This document shows positions 8,456 to 18,156 of a stretch of DNA of 64,000 nt, piece by piece; the stretch's first letter is position 1, and each line of letters opens with the position of its first letter. The position numbers and the translations under genes were made by a program. The stretch covers positions 1-64,000 of IMG/VR virus record IMGVR_UViG_3300042455_000321. One strand, written 5' to 3'. The stretch is from a virus. The notes beneath the pieces are model-generated. The model was not told the origin of the DNA. It saw only the letters and a list, made by a program, of their open reading frames with translations, and did not search any database.

Positions 8456-9084
8456 TTTATACAATAGGAGAAAGTAAACAAGATTTTACCACAACCGGAA
8501 GAATGGATGTGGTTGAAGATTTGTTAGCTACCTATGCCAAGAAGTTTATTGAAGCAGCACAAAGGAATTTAAGAGCAAAGCAGAAGATTGATACCGGTGC
8601 TTTATTAGATATGACCTTTGATGTAACTTATATGGGTAAAAGCTATATGGTTACAATTGGCTATCCTAAAGACAGTAAAGCTGCAGAGTATTGGGACTTT
8701 GTCAATCAAGGGGTTGCCGGAGTTGGTAAAACTTTAAGTGGAAGTCCTTATAAATTCAAAACTAAAGGTGCATCTAAAAAAATGATAGATGCAATGCAAG
8801 GTTGGATTACAAGGCATAATATAAGACCGAGCGACAAGTACACAATATCCGGCCTGGAAAAGAAAAGAAAATCAATACGAAGTACAGTAAGCCAAACAAC
8901 CAAGTTAAGAAGTTTAGCTACTGCATTTGCAAGAAGTATAAAAAAGAAAGGTATTCAACCTACAAACTATTTTGATAATGCTTTAAAACTATTTAATTCA
9001 GCAGAGTTCCAAAAGGACTTGTCGGAAGCAGTAGGGTTTGAAGTACAAGTAGCAATTAAAAATTCATGGGAAAATAATAAATAA
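8452..9084 (+). CDS. Virion neck/tail completion protein (HK97 gp10-like)
   Basis: DTGAL, EYWDFVNQGV.G, ARSIKKKGI.PT.YF pattern. Confidence 0.55.
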   Translation: MIYTIGESKQDFTTTGRMDVVEDLLATYAKKFIEAAQRNLRAKQKIDTGALLDMTFDVTYMGKSYMVTIGYPKDSKAAEYWDFVNQGVAGVGKTLSGSPYKFKTKGASKKMIDAMQGWITRHNIRPSDKYTISGLEKKRKSIRSTVSQTTKLRSLATAFARSIKKKGIQPTNYFDNALKLFNSAEFQKDLSEAVGFEVQVAIKNSWENNK

Positions 9085-10247
9085 TGGGTTTAGCAGTTTT
9101 ACAAGGCAATTATGCCAGAAATCAAATGAGGTCTTTATGTAGACCAGTCATTCACGCATTCGGAGAAAATCAAGTGGTATCTTTACCTTATGCCTATAAT
9201 CGTTACATATTTGATGTATATATTAACGGAGTAATGGTTTTGAGAGAATACAAAGCCATAACTTTTAGCACAACTGTATTTGCTTATCTTGATGTAGCTC
9301 CTATAATAAAGAACTATATTCAAGCTAATATAAGATCAATGTACTTTCCATATATAGAATACCAGGTTAAATATGGAACAGAAAGTACTTCTGGAGTAAT
9401 TACTACTAATGTGGTTACCGAAACAAGTTTTGCATGGTATGGTTATCCGTCATTCTTAAATGATAATTTGATAGCTGATTTAGGTGGCACTTACTACGAT
9501 GGTATGTATTTTTCTACAAATAGAAGAAGAATATTACAATTATATGGGAATTATAAAACTTACATTCCTATTTTTAAATCTCAATTCTACGCTACAGATA
9601 CAATTGAATGGGTTTATAATGGAACAACTTACCAAAGATTGGACTCAACCGGAGTGGGTGTATATAATACTGCAATAACTGGAGCTGATTTAAACTTGGC
9701 TCAAGATGTGCATTTGTTAGAGCAATTTGTAATAAGTGGAGATCCTATTGTAAATATGCCTAACTCTACTGTTCAAATACAAACTAATTGCACAAAGAAC
9801 AATCCGGTTATGCTTCACTTCTTAAATGCAATGGGTGGTTTTGAGAGCTTCTTATTCTCTGGGGTTAATCGTGTAAATACAAATATAGAAAGACAATCTA
9901 TAAATAAATTAGGTTTAATTACTACACTAACTTCAAGTGGATTAGATAGGGATGTAAGTTTAGATAGAGTAGCAAGTGGGTATTTAGGCGAGGTTAAAAC
10001 TAACTATTCTAATACAATGACTCATAAGATTAAGTTAGTAAGCGACTATGTAAGCGAAACTGATTTCTTATGGTTAAGAGAATTATTAGCTTCTCCACAA
10101 GTATATGCTCAAATAGACAATAATGCTTTGATGATACCGGTAACAATAGAAACGAGCGACTGGGCAGAGAAGAAAAGAGGAGCAGATAAGATATTTAATT
10201 TAGAGATAGACATTCTATTAGGAACACAATCCACACAATTACGATAA
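9084..10247 (+). CDS. Tail structural protein
   Basis: FLNAMGGFESF.F and WLRELLASPQVY motifs seen in Bacteroidota siphovirus tail proteins. Confidence 0.6.
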   Translation: MGLAVLQGNYARNQMRSLCRPVIHAFGENQVVSLPYAYNRYIFDVYINGVMVLREYKAITFSTTVFAYLDVAPIIKNYIQANIRSMYFPYIEYQVKYGTESTSGVITTNVVTETSFAWYGYPSFLNDNLIADLGGTYYDGMYFSTNRRRILQLYGNYKTYIPIFKSQFYATDTIEWVYNGTTYQRLDSTGVGVYNTAITGADLNLAQDVHLLEQFVISGDPIVNMPNSTVQIQTNCTKNNPVMLHFLNAMGGFESFLFSGVNRVNTNIERQSINKLGLITTLTSSGLDRDVSLDRVASGYLGEVKTNYSNTMTHKIKLVSDYVSETDFLWLRELLASPQVYAQIDNNALMIPVTIETSDWAEKKRGADKIFNLEIDILLGTQSTQLR

Positions 10248-12388
10248 TGAGAACACAAATATTTGTAGAGGGTTTTGAATTAGATTTAACAGATGACATA
10301 GCTTGTGAGATTAGCTATGTTATTGATGATGTTAAAGAGTTTGGGAGTAAGAATACCAGCTATTCAAAGACAATAGTAATACAAGGCAGCCAAAAGAATA
10401 ACAAGATATTCAACCATATATCCGAGCTTGGAAGATTTATAGCTATTGAGAATGTAAATCAATTTGCACCTAATGTTAATGAGAATTACATAGCTGCTAA
10501 TGGAAGTAATTGCGTTATATTAGTAGATAATATCCAAATCTTTAAGGGTAAATTAAGGGTTATGGAGGTTGTCAAGTATGCAAACCATGTAGAGTATGAA
10601 TGTGCAGTATTTGGCGAATTAGGTGGGTTTTATTTTGAATTAAGCAAAGGCACAACTGATAGCATTTCAAATATATCAAATGGAGTTAGCTTATTAGAAA
10701 ATATTGACTTTACAGATTTAAATCATACTTATAACTATGCAAATATGGCTGCTTCTTGGGCAAATAGGAATGCAAATCCAGGTGTTGGGTATTTCTATCC
10801 ATTGATTGACTATGGCAAGGTAGCTGAAACTTCTGCAAGAAACCATTTTTACGAACAAGCATTAAGACCAGCAGTTTATGTTAGGGAATATATACAAAGG
10901 ATATTTAATTTAAGTGGATATACTTACGAATGCGATTTTTTTGATACTGCTTTTTTCAAGAGATTAATAGTTCCTAATAACGATGACAGATTAAAAATAC
11001 AAGTTACTAACTTATTAGATTTAGGGAGCAATTACAGTACTACATTTAACGCATCTCCATATACTTTGCTATGGACAAGTGGTAGCTTTAGAGATTTCAA
11101 TTCAATAGGAAGTGGGCAATATCAATATGTTGGTATAAGTGCATTGACTAATATCAATTTTAACTTCGGTTTTGATATGCGTTTTTCTCTTGGACCAGGC
11201 ACTTATTCATTTGAATTATGGAAGAATGGTGCATTTTTTCAAACTTTAGATAGCTTTAATACAAGTGGTTTCCCTACCGGACCAGGTTTTAATTTTAGAT
11301 ACCTTAAAAACATATCTACAACTGCATCAATAGCAGTAAATGATATATTTAAAGTTAATATTTTATATACTCCAGCCGGTGGTGGTACTTTTAGTGTAGG
11401 TTTAGATGTTTATATTAATACATGGACAATTGATGCTCCGGTTAAGGTATTAAGTCCAGCAGTAATTAATGATACTATTCAAATGCGTTATGCAGTACCA
11501 CAAAACATCAAGATAACGGACTTCTTTACTTCAATCCTTAAAATGTTTAATCTTTATGTGGTTGAGGATAAGAATATAGCTAAGAAGCTGATAATCACTC
11601 CTTATATAGATTTTTACTTAAATGAAGATTTAGATTGGAGCGACAAACTTGATAGAAGTCAAGAGATTAGGTTAAAACCTATGGGTGAATTAAATGCTCG
11701 TGTGTTTAACTTCAAATTCAAACAAGATGAAGCCTATTATAATAAAACCTACAAAGAGAAGTTTAATGAAGGCTATATGGACTTCAGTTATGATAGCGAA
11801 TACGAGTATGCTAAAGACAAAGATGATTTAGAGGTTATATTTGCATCTACTGTTAATTATGCTCCAAATGGTCAAGATAAGATAGTTCCAGCTTTATATA
11901 AAGAGGGTAACTTTGCAGATGAGAGTATTACTTCAAGCAATATCCGTATTCTACAAACCAAAATGCTGACTGTATCTCATTGGGATATTAAAAACACTGG
12001 AGGGGGTAATTTACAAACTAATATTCATCAATTTCCTTATGCTGGTATGTGGGAGCATCCTACTGTTCCGGATAATGGCACTTACTTTCAATCTTTAGGT
12101 TGGGCATCTCCAAAAGAGATTTACTACACGATTACCGGCACTACAGTTAATTATGGATTATTCAATTCATTCTGGAGTCAATACTTTGCAGAGATAACAA
12201 ATCCTAATAGCACAATCTTGACTGCTCAATTCCATTTAACGAGCATGGATATAAGAACATTAGATTTTGCAAAAAACATACTTATAGATGGAACGATGTG
12301 GAGAATAAACAAAGTTGAGGGTTATGATCCATTAAGCGAGAAACCTACGAAAGTAGAATTATTAAAAGTAATAGACACAATTTATTAA
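10247..12388 (+). CDS. Tail tip/hub protein
   Basis: LDL..DI, SYSKTI, YPLIDYG, LKMFNL, DWSDKLD, TKVELLK; next to tape measure. Confidence 0.65.
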   Translation: MRTQIFVEGFELDLTDDIACEISYVIDDVKEFGSKNTSYSKTIVIQGSQKNNKIFNHISELGRFIAIENVNQFAPNVNENYIAANGSNCVILVDNIQIFKGKLRVMEVVKYANHVEYECAVFGELGGFYFELSKGTTDSISNISNGVSLLENIDFTDLNHTYNYANMAASWANRNANPGVGYFYPLIDYGKVAETSARNHFYEQALRPAVYVREYIQRIFNLSGYTYECDFFDTAFFKRLIVPNNDDRLKIQVTNLLDLGSNYSTTFNASPYTLLWTSGSFRDFNSIGSGQYQYVGISALTNINFNFGFDMRFSLGPGTYSFELWKNGAFFQTLDSFNTSGFPTGPGFNFRYLKNISTTASIAVNDIFKVNILYTPAGGGTFSVGLDVYINTWTIDAPVKVLSPAVINDTIQMRYAVPQNIKITDFFTSILKMFNLYVVEDKNIAKKLIITPYIDFYLNEDLDWSDKLDRSQEIRLKPMGELNARVFNFKFKQDEAYYNKTYKEKFNEGYMDFSYDSEYEYAKDKDDLEVIFASTVNYAPNGQDKIVPALYKEGNFADESITSSNIRILQTKMLTVSHWDIKNTGGGNLQTNIHQFPYAGMWEHPTVPDNGTYFQSLGWASPKEIYYTITGTTVNYGLFNSFWSQYFAEITNPNSTILTAQFHLTSMDIRTLDFAKNILIDGTMWRINKVEGYDPLSEKPTKVELLKVIDTIY

Positions 12389-12389
12389 A

Positions 12390-14045
12390 ATGGCAGATAA
12401 TATAGTAGGCACAAAGATAGTTATTGACTCTTCACAAGCAGTTGAGTCGGTTGGTAGTATTAAAAAGCAATTAAGAGATGCAACAAATGACTTGGTATCT
12501 TTAGCAGCTAAATTTGGCGAAGGCTCACAAGAAGCAGTTAATGCAGCTAAACGAGTAGCAGAATTAAGAGATAGAATTGGAGATGCTAAAAGTATGGCAG
12601 ATGCTTTCAATCCAGATGCAAAATTCAAGGCATTTAGTCAATCTTTGCAAGGTGTTGCCGGTGGTTTTGCAGCAGTACAAGGAGCAATGGCTACTTTTGG
12701 AATTGAGAGTGAGGATTTGCAACAAACTTTAGTAAAGGTACAAGGTGCTTTAGCTTTAAGTGAAGGGTTAAATACCTTTTTAGATACTGGTATTCAAGGC
12801 TTTAAAAACTTAATATCTGTTATTCAAAATAGCACCATTGTAATAAAGGCAAACGAATTAGCGACAAAGGCTGCAGCAGTTACAATGCGATTATTTGGAA
12901 TTGAGGTAGAAACTACAAGTGTGGCTTTTAATGTTCTTAAAGGAGCTATTGCTGCAACTGGTATAGGTTTACTTGTGGTTGCTTTAGGACAAGCAGTTTC
13001 TTATTTTGATAAACTTTCAAATGCAGCTGAAGAAGCTACTGAAAAACAAAAAGAGTTTAATAGAACAATTAAAGAAGGTAGCAAGTATGAACTTGACCAA
13101 TTAACTCAATCTTTAGATAATCAACAAAAAATTGATTTAGCAAAGGCAAAAGCAAGAGGGGCAAGTGAGAAAGAGATATTTGATATTGAGCAAAGTTATA
13201 GAAGAAGAAGAACGGAAGCTCAAATTAGGCACTATAACGATATTAAGAAAATAGACCAACAAGGTGCAAAAGAGGCTTTAAATACTATAAACAAGTCAAA
13301 TGCTGAGGGCATAGCTGCTAATTACGAATATCAAGCAGCAGAAAAAAAGAGAAGGCAAGAAGCGGCAAAACAAGCTAAAGAAGAAGCAGAAAGAAGAAAA
13401 AAGCAATTTGAAGATAGTAAGATTGAGCTAACTGAAATGAGTTCAATTACTCAAATAGCAACTAAAGAAGAGCAAAATAGTTATAAAGATGTTAGCAAAC
13501 TAAAAAAACAAAACATTGTTTTAAATACTCAAGTTGCAGACTCGGAAAGGTTATTAGCTCGTGCTAAAATGGAGTCAGCTATTATAGCTCTTGATGCTAT
13601 TTCGCAAAGTTTAGCTACTGCAAGTCAATTGGCAGATGAGGGAAGTGATACTCAAAAAGCATTGGCTATTTCAAGTGCAATTATCTCGGCTATTTTATCG
13701 GCTCAAAAGGCTTATGAAAGTACAGTAGGTATTCCAGTTGTCGGACCAGCTTTAGCTCCTATCAATGCCGGTATAGCTTTATATGCTGGTTATAAATCAG
13801 TACAAAAAATTAGAGACGTAAAAACTCCTGGAGCAAGTAGTGGTGGTGGTGTAAATATGCCAACTGGTAGTTTTGGAGCAGCTCCGGTAAGCCCAGCTCC
13901 TATGCAGCAAACTGTAACTCAATTAAATCAAGGAACAATTAATGCACTCGGAAATCAAGCTATAAAAGCATACGTTTTAGAGAGCGATGTAACAAATTCA
14001 CAAAATAGAGTAACAAGAATACTTAATTCAAGTCGCTTTAAATAA
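12390..14045 (+). CDS. Tape measure-like protein
   Basis: Ala-rich helical, two hydrophobic regions, coiled coil, no Cys, KAYVLESDVT C-terminus. Confidence 0.75.
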   Translation: MADNIVGTKIVIDSSQAVESVGSIKKQLRDATNDLVSLAAKFGEGSQEAVNAAKRVAELRDRIGDAKSMADAFNPDAKFKAFSQSLQGVAGGFAAVQGAMATFGIESEDLQQTLVKVQGALALSEGLNTFLDTGIQGFKNLISVIQNSTIVIKANELATKAAAVTMRLFGIEVETTSVAFNVLKGAIAATGIGLLVVALGQAVSYFDKLSNAAEEATEKQKEFNRTIKEGSKYELDQLTQSLDNQQKIDLAKAKARGASEKEIFDIEQSYRRRRTEAQIRHYNDIKKIDQQGAKEALNTINKSNAEGIAANYEYQAAEKKRRQEAAKQAKEEAERRKKQFEDSKIELTEMSSITQIATKEEQNSYKDVSKLKKQNIVLNTQVADSERLLARAKMESAIIALDAISQSLATASQLADEGSDTQKALAISSAIISAILSAQKAYESTVGIPVVGPALAPINAGIALYAGYKSVQKIRDVKTPGASSGGGVNMPTGSFGAAPVSPAPMQQTVTQLNQGTINALGNQAIKAYVLESDVTNSQNRVTRILNSSRFK

Positions 14046-14067
14046 CATTTAAACTATTTATTATTAT

Positions 14068-14667
14068 ATGGCATATGTATACAGACATATAAGAAAGGAT
14101 AAAAATGAGGTATTTTATATAGGAATTGGGTGTAGTCCTAACTATAAAAGAGCATATGAAACTCATAAAAGAAATAGAATTTGGGATAGGACTGTATCAT
14201 TAACAGAATTTGAAGTAGAAATATTATTTGATGAGCTAACATGGGAAGAGGCTTGTGAAAAAGAAAAGGAATTTATAGCGTTATATGGTAGGGTTAATTT
14301 ATGTACTGGCACTTTGGTTAATTTAACAGATGGGGGAGATGGTGGATTTGGAGTTGTTAAAAGTGAAGAAGAGAAAATTAAGAGAAGTGAAAAAATGAAA
14401 AAACAACATAGTTGGGCTAAAAATGATAAAAGAAATAAAATAGTTGAAAATTTAAAGCTAAAACAAACTGGATCTGGCAATAGCTTTTATGGTAAAAAAC
14501 ATACTGCAGAAACTTTAGAAAAAATAGGAGAGGGAAGAAGAAAATATATTTTAGATTTACAAACAGGCATTTATTTAACAGTTAAAGAATATTCAGAATT
14601 AAATAATATAGCAATTAGTACAACAAGGGAAATAATACCAAAAAACAAAAATTATAAATATGAATAA
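14068..14667 (+). CDS. GIY-YIG-like homing endonuclease with NUMOD3
   Basis: YVYRH...FYIGIG...R, NLTDGGDG, NSFYGKKHTAET. Confidence 0.85.
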   Translation: MAYVYRHIRKDKNEVFYIGIGCSPNYKRAYETHKRNRIWDRTVSLTEFEVEILFDELTWEEACEKEKEFIALYGRVNLCTGTLVNLTDGGDGGFGVVKSEEEKIKRSEKMKKQHSWAKNDKRNKIVENLKLKQTGSGNSFYGKKHTAETLEKIGEGRRKYILDLQTGIYLTVKEYSELNNIAISTTREIIPKNKNYKYE

Positions 14668-15559
14668 TATAAATAATATACCATTTTACTATTTAGATAT
14701 CAGCTCCGACTTCAACGATGACAGTGAGGTGGACTTCATCGCACTCGTTGACAAACCTGCAATTCAAAAGAATTTCTTAAAGTTTGCTGACTCATTTAGC
14801 GACTATCCGGAGAGTGTAAAGAATACTGCTCAAAAGGCTTTAGATTGGGCAAATGAAAATGGTTGGGGTACTTGTGGGACTCCCATAGGTAAAACAAGAG
14901 CTAATCAATTAGCAAGTGGAGAGCCAATCAGTTTAGATACTATCCAAAGAATGTACTCTTATTTAAGCAGACACAAAGTAGATTTAGAAAGCTCTAAAAG
15001 CTACGAAGATGGTTGTGGTAAATTAATGTATGATGCTTGGGGTGGCGAAGCTGCTTTAACTTGGGCTGAAAACAAACTAACAAGTGTTCAAAAAATGAAA
15101 TTCTCAATCAATGAGGATGAGCAAATCGTTTCTGGTCCTTTAATGCTTTCGGACACTCCGATTTATCGTTTTGATGCAAACGGAGAGTATTATGTTGTGT
15201 TCAATGCAGCTACTATTCAAAAGATAGTACAAAAGTACTTCCAAAAGGGATATCAAGCAAACGTAAACTTAATGCACAATCCTATGCAAATAGTTGATGG
15301 GGTTACTTTATTTGAGAGCTTTATTACTTCAAAGAAAAGAGGCATACACCCAATGGTTGGTTTTGAAGATGCACCAGAGGGTAGTTGGTTTGGAAGTTTC
15401 AAGGTAGATAATCCAGAAGTATGGGCATCTATTAAGAACGGAGATTTCAAAGGCTTCTCGGTTGAGGGTTTATTTAAGTATAAAAGACCAGAGGAAATGA
15501 AAGCAGAGCAAATAAAATCTCAAATCAAAAACTTACTTGACCAAGTTAAGTTGCACTAA
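14660..15559 (+). CDS. Prohead protease (XkdF-like) with inserted domain
   Basis: IALVDKPAI, VNLMH, PEGSWF, GDFKGFSVEG; precedes scaffold and capsid. Confidence 0.8.
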   Translation: MNNINNIPFYYLDISSDFNDDSEVDFIALVDKPAIQKNFLKFADSFSDYPESVKNTAQKALDWANENGWGTCGTPIGKTRANQLASGEPISLDTIQRMYSYLSRHKVDLESSKSYEDGCGKLMYDAWGGEAALTWAENKLTSVQKMKFSINEDEQIVSGPLMLSDTPIYRFDANGEYYVVFNAATIQKIVQKYFQKGYQANVNLMHNPMQIVDGVTLFESFITSKKRGIHPMVGFEDAPEGSWFGSFKVDNPEVWASIKNGDFKGFSVEGLFKYKRPEEMKAEQIKSQIKNLLDQVKLH

Positions 15560-15592
15560 TATTATTGTTCACTAATTAAAATAAAATAAAAC

Positions 15593-16159
15593 ATGAGTCC
15601 AATTGATTTCGTAAACAAAGTGAAGGAGTTATTTAACGAAGCTCCAGCTGCTGCAGAAAGTCAAGTTGAATTTGTAGAGTACACATTAGAAAATGGTACT
15701 ACAATCAACGTAGATAAATATGAAGTAGGTGGTGTTGTTACTTTAGCTGATGGAACTTTAGCACCAATGGGAGAGCATATTTTAGCAGACAAATCTGTAA
15801 TCGTTGTAGATGAAAACGGAGTGATTGTTGAAATTAAAACTCCAGAGGTGGAAGAAGAAATGCCGGAAGTAGATGCCGAGCAAGAATTAAAAGACAAGAT
15901 TGCTAAACTTGAAGAAGAATTAGCAGCTACTAAAGGTCAATTTGAAGAGCAATCTGCAAAATTGGTAAGCCAAGAGGAAAATGCTTTAGCAATGTACTCT
16001 AAATTTGAAGCAGCTATTAAAGATTTAGCTTCTGCAATTGAGGGTTTAGCTAATACTGCAACTGCTGATCCTATTGATGCTCCAAGTAGCTTTCAAAAAA
16101 TTGAAAAGAAAAACGAAAAAATCAGCCGATTTTTAGAAATGGCTAAAAAAGTAAAATAA
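15593..16159 (+). CDS. Scaffold-like protein
   Basis: Acidic, coiled-coil C-half, between protease and capsid. Confidence 0.65.
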   Translation: MSPIDFVNKVKELFNEAPAAAESQVEFVEYTLENGTTINVDKYEVGGVVTLADGTLAPMGEHILADKSVIVVDENGVIVEIKTPEVEEEMPEVDAEQELKDKIAKLEEELAATKGQFEEQSAKLVSQEENALAMYSKFEAAIKDLASAIEGLANTATADPIDAPSSFQKIEKKNEKISRFLEMAKKVK

Positions 16160-16186
16160 TCAAATAACAATTTAAAATTAAGAAAA

Positions 16187-17149
16187 ATGGCGTTTAACGT
16201 AAGTGCTTTATCAAACTACACTACAGAAAATCAAGATTTGTTAGTGTCTGCTGCCGTATTAGGTGCAAAAACTGCTACTTTGATTAAAAATCAAGGTAAC
16301 GTAATGGTAGGTGTAAAATCTGCTGAAAAAATCAACATCATGGATACTGATGCAGTATTCCAAGCTGGTGGAACTTGTGGCTTCAATGCTTCTGGTACTA
16401 CTACTTTTACTCAAAGAACTGTAACTATTGGTAAAATCAAAGTTAACGAGTCACTTTGTATCAAATCTTTAGAAACTAAATATCTTCAAAAAGCATTACC
16501 GGCTGGATCAATGTATACTGAAATGGTTTATGCTGAAGATTATTCTAACTTAAAAGCTGCTAAAATTGCTGCTCAATTAGAAACTGCTATCTGGCAAGGA
16601 GATACTGCTTCTGGTACTGCTAACTTAAACAAATTTGATGGTATTGCTAAATTAGCTGCTGCTGATGGTACTGTTGTTTTAGCTAACACTACTACTTATT
16701 TACCAGCTGCTATCACTACTGCAGTAGGTATTACTACTTCTAACGTAGTTGCTATTTTTGATGCAGTTTACAGAGCTTTACCGGCTGAAATCGTTGCTAA
16801 AGATAGCACTAAAATCTTCTGTGGTCAAGATGTATTCCGTACTTATACAGTTGCATTGAAAAACGCTAACATGTTTAACTATGCAGTAGATGTAAAAGCT
16901 GATAGCTCATTCTTCTTACCAGGTACTCCGATTGAAGTAATCGCTACTCCAGGTTTAAATGGTACTTCTAAAATCTACTCTACTAATTTAGAGAACTTAT
17001 TTTTAGGTACTGACTTATTGAACGAAGAAGAGAAATTTGAAATCTTCTACGCAAAAGAAGCTGATGAAGTTCGTTTCGTAAGCGAATTCAAAATGGGTGT
17101 GAACTATGCGTTCGGTACTCAAATGGTTGCTTTCGTATTAGTACCATAA
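16187..17149 (+). CDS. Major capsid protein
   Basis: 320 aa, IWQGDT, FDG, NLFLGTDLL; high-expression codon bias; followed by terminator. Confidence 0.85.
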   Translation: MAFNVSALSNYTTENQDLLVSAAVLGAKTATLIKNQGNVMVGVKSAEKINIMDTDAVFQAGGTCGFNASGTTTFTQRTVTIGKIKVNESLCIKSLETKYLQKALPAGSMYTEMVYAEDYSNLKAAKIAAQLETAIWQGDTASGTANLNKFDGIAKLAAADGTVVLANTTTYLPAAITTAVGITTSNVVAIFDAVYRALPAEIVAKDSTKIFCGQDVFRTYTVALKNANMFNYAVDVKADSSFFLPGTPIEVIATPGLNGTSKIYSTNLENLFLGTDLLNEEEKFEIFYAKEADEVRFVSEFKMGVNYAFGTQMVAFVLVP

Positions 17150-17158
17150 TAAAATTAT

Positions 17159-17185
17159 AGTGGGGGTTTAAATACTCCCACTTTT
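17159..17185 (+). terminator. Intrinsic terminator after capsid gene
   Basis: AGTGGGGGT/ACTCCCACT stem plus T run. Confidence 0.75.
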
Positions 17186-17211
17186 CTTCTAAAATCTTAA
17201 ATTAAATAAAC

Positions 17212-17718
17212 ATGGCTTGTCCTTTAACTCAAGGTTTCGTATTAGATTGTAAAGAGTCGTTAGGTGGAGTTAAGTCAGTAAGATTTGTAGAATTTGATAA
17301 TGCTTCAATGACTTATGCTGCTGGTGTTGCTACAATAACAATGGATGCAGGTAAGAAATTTTGGTTGTATTCTCAAGTTCGTGAAACATCTTCACTTACT
17401 GAAACCATTACTGCTAACGTACAAAACGGAACTATATTCTACCAACAAGAAGTTGTAGTAATATTAAATAAATTAGCTGCAGCTACAAGAAATGAAATCT
17501 TGTTACTTGCAAAAAACAGATTATTGGCTATCGTGGAAGATATGAATGGCTCATTCTGGTTATTAGGTGCAAAAAATGGTTTAGATATTACTTCTGGTAA
17601 TTCTGCTACTGGCACTGCATCTGGAGACAGAAATGGCTACTCTTTAACATTCCAAGCAATGGAAGCTGAGCCAATGTGGTCAGTTTTAAAAGCAAATGTA
17701 GATAGCATTACAAACTAA
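17212..17718 (+). CDS. Major tail tube protein
   Basis: MAC.LT.G..LDCK...GGVK, VEDMNG, GD.NGY.LTF...E. Confidence 0.7.
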   Translation: MACPLTQGFVLDCKESLGGVKSVRFVEFDNASMTYAAGVATITMDAGKKFWLYSQVRETSSLTETITANVQNGTIFYQQEVVVILNKLAAATRNEILLLAKNRLLAIVEDMNGSFWLLGAKNGLDITSGNSATGTASGDRNGYSLTFQAMEAEPMWSVLKANVDSITN

Positions 17719-17743
17719 GGTTGTTCGTAGTTGTATATAAAAG

Positions 17744-17769
17744 AGGGGTGGTTTTTACCACTCCTTTTT
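17744..17769 (+). terminator. Intrinsic terminator after tail tube gene
   Basis: GGGGTGGT/ACCACTCC stem plus T5. Confidence 0.8.
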
Positions 17770-17802
17770 GTATTTTTAGAGGTTTACCTATTTACTAATA
17801 GA

Positions 17803-18156
17803 ATGGTACTAAACGTTGACAATCCTACTAATTTTATCTTCACTCTAAATGAAAAAGAAACGAGTGCATGGGCTTATTGGTATTTTAAGTTTACTAATGT
17901 GGTTACGAAGCAAGTAATTACTATTACTAAATTAAGAAGCACCGATTTAAGTCCTTATCCTAATAGATACAATGAATTTCCTTATGCTTTTTTCAATGCT
18001 TTAACAATAGGGCAATGGAATTATTTAGTATTTGGCTCAAATTCAGCAGTAGCTACAACCGGAGAAGAGTTAGAAGTTGGTTTAGTAAGAGTAATTGACA
18101 ATGATACAGTATTTACAACTAACGAAACATTAAATACATACGTAGTTTATGGATAA
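17803..18156 (+). CDS. Virion structural protein (head-tail region); start revised to 17803
   Basis: The track start at 17731 runs through a terminator; ATG 17803 follows the CCTATTTA motif. Confidence 0.6.
   Translation: MVLNVDNPTNFIFTLNEKETSAWAYWYFKFTNVVTKQVITITKLRSTDLSPYPNRYNEFPYAFFNALTIGQWNYLVFGSNSAVATTGEELEVGLVRVIDNDTVFTTNETLNTYVVYG

Noticed and set aside
17731-17802. Track start for the 141-aa ORF
   Set aside because: Runs through a terminator and promoter motif; ATG 17803 is better. Starts at 35283, 38463 and 38804 were revised for similar reasons.
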